NCBI GenBank assembly: GCA_905479595.1
Contig: CAJQND010000192.1
Location: 1-30,322, forward strand
DNA from: an uncultured Hyphomicrobiales bacterium
Lineage (GTDB): Bacteria > Pseudomonadota > Alphaproteobacteria > Rhizobiales > CAJQND01
Length of the DNA: 30,322 nucleotides
Direction: 5' to 3'
Shown piece after piece: positions 27,230-30,322 of the stretch. Every line of letters starts with the position of its first letter. The stretch's first letter is position 1. A program made the translations under genes and the position numbers. The notes under the pieces were generated by a model that was not told where the DNA came from, did not search any database, and saw nothing but the letters and a program-made list of their open reading frames with translations.

Positions 27230-28513
27230 ATGGCGGATGGCGCGCGCGCGGCAATTGCCGCCAATTTAAGCGGCAGGTTTTTCTACGGGTGGGTCGTTGT
27301 CGCAGTTGCCAGCTTGGGGCTCTTCGCCAGCGGACCGGGTCAATCCCATACATTTTCGGTATTTGTACAACCAATTAGCCAAGACCTTGGCATTTCAAGC
27401 GCAACAATCGCAACTGCGTATGGTATCGCCACGTTGCTGGCGGCATTTCTGCTTCCGAAAATGGGACAATTGGTAGATCGGCATGGGCCCAGGCGCATGC
27501 TGTTTGTTATTGCGTTCGCGCTCGGCCTCGCTTGCCTGTTTTTTGGTGCGGCGGCCAATTTTCTTTGGCTAGCGGTGGGTTTTGGGTTGTTGCGCTTTGT
27601 TGGGCAGGGATCATTGCTACTGGCCTGCGCCAACCTTGTGTCACAGTGGTTCTCTAAAAGCCGTGGGTTTGCAATGAGCCTGATGGCGCTTGGATTTGGA
27701 ATTTCCATGGCGGTCCACCCGCCTCTGGCGCAATACCTTCTCGATGAAATCGGTTGGCGCAAAGCGTGGTTTGTGCTTGGCGCGCTCACGTGGATTACAA
27801 TGCTGCCGATTGTGGCACTTTTTGTATTCGACAAGCCGGAAGAGCTGTCTTTACGCCCCGATGGCGACGCACCTTCGAAAAACGACAATACAACGACACC
27901 AGAAATCTCTGGCGTGACCTTGAAAGAAGCCTTGCGGGAGCCGAGTTTCTACATTCTTTCTTTTGGATGGTTCGCTCTTGCGATGCTCGTTACTACGCTG
28001 CATTTCTACCAGGTTTCAATTCTCACCAGTCAGGGCATCGCGACTGAAACGGCCGCCCAGGCATTCACAATCTCCGCAATAATGATGGTTTTGGTGATGC
28101 CGCTGGTCGGACGGGCATTTGACACGTTCCGAACCCGGTATGTGTTTGCTGCCGCTCTGCTGGTAAACGCCGCTGCATTGATTTCCATCACATTTGCCAC
28201 AACTCTTTCCGGCACGATCATCTACGCGCTTTTGTTTGGCGTGAACAATTCATTTACGATGACCTTGTTTGGATACATTTGGCCACGTTACTTCGGTCGC
28301 AAGCATCTTGGATCAATCCAGGGTACCGGCCAAATGATCGGTGTCGTCGGTGCATCCCTTGGCCCATTGCCGGTCGGGTTGGCTTTCGATTTGGTTGGAA
28401 GTGCGGGCTTTACAATACGCATTCTGGCGCTTCTCCCAATTGCTGCAGCGTTCATTGCATTATTTTATCTGCGCACACCAAAATCTGTATCGGGACAGGA
28501 ACATTTAGAGTAG
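27230..28513 (+). CDS. MFS transporter (YcxA/OFA-like)
   Basis: 12-TM pattern, FFYGWVVV, motif A GQLVDRHGPRR, WFSKSRGFA, YFGRKHLGSIQG. Confidence 0.9.
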   Translation: MADGARAAIAANLSGRFFYGWVVVAVASLGLFASGPGQSHTFSVFVQPISQDLGISSATIATAYGIATLLAAFLLPKMGQLVDRHGPRRMLFVIAFALGLACLFFGAAANFLWLAVGFGLLRFVGQGSLLLACANLVSQWFSKSRGFAMSLMALGFGISMAVHPPLAQYLLDEIGWRKAWFVLGALTWITMLPIVALFVFDKPEELSLRPDGDAPSKNDNTTTPEISGVTLKEALREPSFYILSFGWFALAMLVTTLHFYQVSILTSQGIATETAAQAFTISAIMMVLVMPLVGRAFDTFRTRYVFAAALLVNAAALISITFATTLSGTIIYALLFGVNNSFTMTLFGYIWPRYFGRKHLGSIQGTGQMIGVVGASLGPLPVGLAFDLVGSAGFTIRILALLPIAAAFIALFYLRTPKSVSGQEHLE

Positions 28514-28522
28514 TTTTCGAAC

Positions 28523-29455
28523 ATGACAAATTACAGCAAAATTCACGAGCGGCTGGCCGCCGGCGGCACTGTGATCCTTGACGGTGGAACCGGTACGGAA
28601 CTCGAACGCCAAGGGGTGAAAATGAACCCGGAAGCGTGGTGCGGGACAGCCGCGGTAGATAATTTTCCCACCCTCGTTGATATCCACAAAGCATATATTC
28701 GCGCTGGCGCGGAAATCATCACGGCCAATACCTTCGCGTCTTCGCGTCTGATGCTTGAAGCGGCAGGGCTTGGCAACGAGGTTGAGGAAATCAACCGGAA
28801 AGCCATCGAAGCTGCAAAAACTGCACGTTCTGAGCTGGGCGCAGACCATGCGCTCATCGCCGGATCTTTGTCCCACATGGTACCTGTGGAAACAGGCACC
28901 GCGATTGCGGATTTGGATCGTGTGCCAAAAATTGACGTCATAGAAGCCGCCTTTGACGAGCTTGCGGAAATCCACCAGACATCAGGATGTGACCTTATTC
29001 TGCTGGAAATGATGTATCACCCTGACCGCATGCCCGCGGCATTCAAGGCGGCAGGAAAGACAGGATTACCGATATGGGCCGGCCTTTCGGCGAGGCGGTC
29101 TGATCATGGCGAAATGCTCAGTTTTGCTGTCGATATGGATTTGCCATTCGGTGAAATTGCTGCTCTTGCCGCCAGTTTCAAACCGGATGCCATCGGAATA
29201 ATGCACACCCCATCCAATCTGATCTCTGATTGTGACGCCATTATTGCAAAACACTTTTCCGGCCCACGTTCGGCCTATCCGGATTCAGGGTATTTCAAAA
29301 TGCCTCTCTGGCAATTTGAAGATATCATTCCGCCAGAGGAATTTGCTCAATTTGCCCGTCAATGGGTTGGTAACGGCGTTCAAATTGTTGGCGGCTGCTG
29401 CGGGTTGTCACCTGAACATATCAGTACGTTATCGAGCATTCATTCTGCGCCATAA
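28523..29455 (+). CDS. Homocysteine S-methyltransferase family protein (BHMT/MmuM fold) with a His-for-Cys variant Zn site
   Basis: ILDGGTGTEL, IHKAYIRAGAEIITANTF, IAGS, DLILLE, AYPDSG, IVGGCCG; starts 9 bp after the MFS stop. Confidence 0.88.
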   Translation: MTNYSKIHERLAAGGTVILDGGTGTELERQGVKMNPEAWCGTAAVDNFPTLVDIHKAYIRAGAEIITANTFASSRLMLEAAGLGNEVEEINRKAIEAAKTARSELGADHALIAGSLSHMVPVETGTAIADLDRVPKIDVIEAAFDELAEIHQTSGCDLILLEMMYHPDRMPAAFKAAGKTGLPIWAGLSARRSDHGEMLSFAVDMDLPFGEIAALAASFKPDAIGIMHTPSNLISDCDAIIAKHFSGPRSAYPDSGYFKMPLWQFEDIIPPEEFAQFARQWVGNGVQIVGGCCGLSPEHISTLSSIHSAP

Positions 29456-30321
29456 GTGATCCGGTAAATTGCACCTTCACTATCGTCAGATACCAAAAGC
29501 GAGCCATCTGGTAACTCAGCAACATCTACTGGCCGGCCGAGGTAACTTCCATTGCGATCTATCCAACCATCTGCGAAGACCTCTGTCTTGCCTGCACTGC
29601 CGTCGGCACGAATGGCCGTAAACATCACCCGGGCACCAATTGGCGTTGAGCGGTCCCATGAACCATGCTGCGCAGAAAAGATGCCGCCTTGGTATTTTTT
29701 GGGAAATCGCTTGCCCGCATAAAACATCATACCAAGATCAGCTGCATGGGCGTCCATCTCTACAGCTGGGAAAACCAAGCCGGCTGGCGGGGCCGCATCC
29801 AGATAGGGTTTTGTGCGCACATCTCCACCTCCATAGTAAGGAAATCCAAAATGTTGACCCGGCGCAGTTTGCCGGTTGAGCTCGCCAGGCGGAATATCAT
29901 CGCCCATACCGTCGACCTGGTTATCGGTCCACCAAAGCTCACCATTGGCAGGATTGAAATCCATTCCGACACTGTTGCGCGCACCCAACGCATAGACCTC
30001 ACGCGCCGACCCATCCAGGTTCATGCGAATAATACCGCCGATTCCGAGCCGGTCATAAAGGTCTAACTTGCCGTTCGGAGTGACATTGTATGGTTGACCA
30101 AGCGATACATAGAGCTTGCCATCAGGCCCGATGCGACAGACCCGGGCGGAATGAATTCGGCTTTCCTCGTTTTTTGGAATCAAGTCACCATATGGCACCA
30201 CCGGAATTTCTGTAATTTCCGGATCGTCAAAGTGCTTTTCCGCATTGGCGAACTTCAAAATGCGATTTTGTTCCGTAATGAAAAGTGCGCCATCATCATC
30301 GAAGCAACTTCCATTTGGCAT
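29440..30321 (-). CDS. PQQ-dependent sugar dehydrogenase (L-sorbosone/aldose beta-propeller family); 5'-truncated by the window edge
   Basis: GPDGKLYVSLG, GARNSVGMDF, LWWTDNQVDGMGDDIPPGELN, AHAADLGMMFY, AQHGSWDR, GRPVDV..LPDGSLLVSDD. Confidence 0.88.
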   Translation of the reverse strand: MPNGSCFDDDGALFITEQNRILKFANAEKHFDDPEITEIPVVPYGDLIPKNEESRIHSARVCRIGPDGKLYVSLGQPYNVTPNGKLDLYDRLGIGGIIRMNLDGSAREVYALGARNSVGMDFNPANGELWWTDNQVDGMGDDIPPGELNRQTAPGQHFGFPYYGGGDVRTKPYLDAAPPAGLVFPAVEMDAHAADLGMMFYAGKRFPKKYQGGIFSAQHGSWDRSTPIGARVMFTAIRADGSAGKTEVFADGWIDRNGSYLGRPVDVAELPDGSLLVSDDSEGAIYRITYGAE

Positions 30322-30322
30322 G

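Noticed and set aside
29440-30321. PQQ sugar dehydrogenase as part of the betaine-type module or as partner of the cytochrome pair
   Set aside because: It is convergent with the HMT gene, truncated by the window and 20 kb from the cytochromes; there is no evidence beyond proximity.
1-30322. CRISPR arrays, tRNA/rRNA, IS elements, prophage, tandem repeats, frameshifted pseudogenes, sigma54 promoters
   Set aside because: None was seen on reading both strands. Almost all sequence is accounted for by intact CDSs, and the short spacers contain no repeat arrays or convincing TGGCAC-N5-TTGC sites.

Overview
A gene-dense 30.3 kb window from an alphaproteobacterium, probably Hyphomicrobiales and possibly marine (inferred from protein similarity; GC is a little over 50% by eye). 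It holds 25 supportable CDSs, two of them cut by the window edges. I found no rRNA, tRNA, CRISPR array, IS or phage genes. A housekeeping block (glnD-murJ-trpS-nfuA) is flanked by accessory metabolic genes. On the left are a Na+/Pi cotransporter, trhO, an orphan SAM methyltransferase with a regulatory domain, a three-gene catabolic operon (Zn-ADH, mandelate-racemase-family enolase, beta-hydroxyacid dehydrogenase), a cytochrome c556/diheme cytochrome c pair, a large MscS channel, an orphan membrane protein, bktB, an exported rhodanese and a LysE/ArgO exporter. On the right are an orphan exported Arg/Tyr/Pro-rich protein, a betaine-family (TmoX-like) ABC transporter, a second MR-family enolase, an MFS transporter, a homocysteine S-methyltransferase-family protein and a PQQ sugar dehydrogenase. 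The best candidates for undescribed biology are two catabolic modules whose enzymes have non-canonical active sites: an enolase lacking the first metal-ligand Asp and the dyad Asp, an enolase with KxW, and a methyltransferase with His in place of a Zn-ligand Cys. The second module looks like uptake and demethylation of an unknown N- or S-methylated osmolyte. Motifs read directly from the DNA include a perfect CtrA box before murJ, a near-perfect Irr/ICE box before nfuA, a possible FNR box and a G-U-supported hairpin in the ABC operon. All functional assignments come from motif recognition without database searches.
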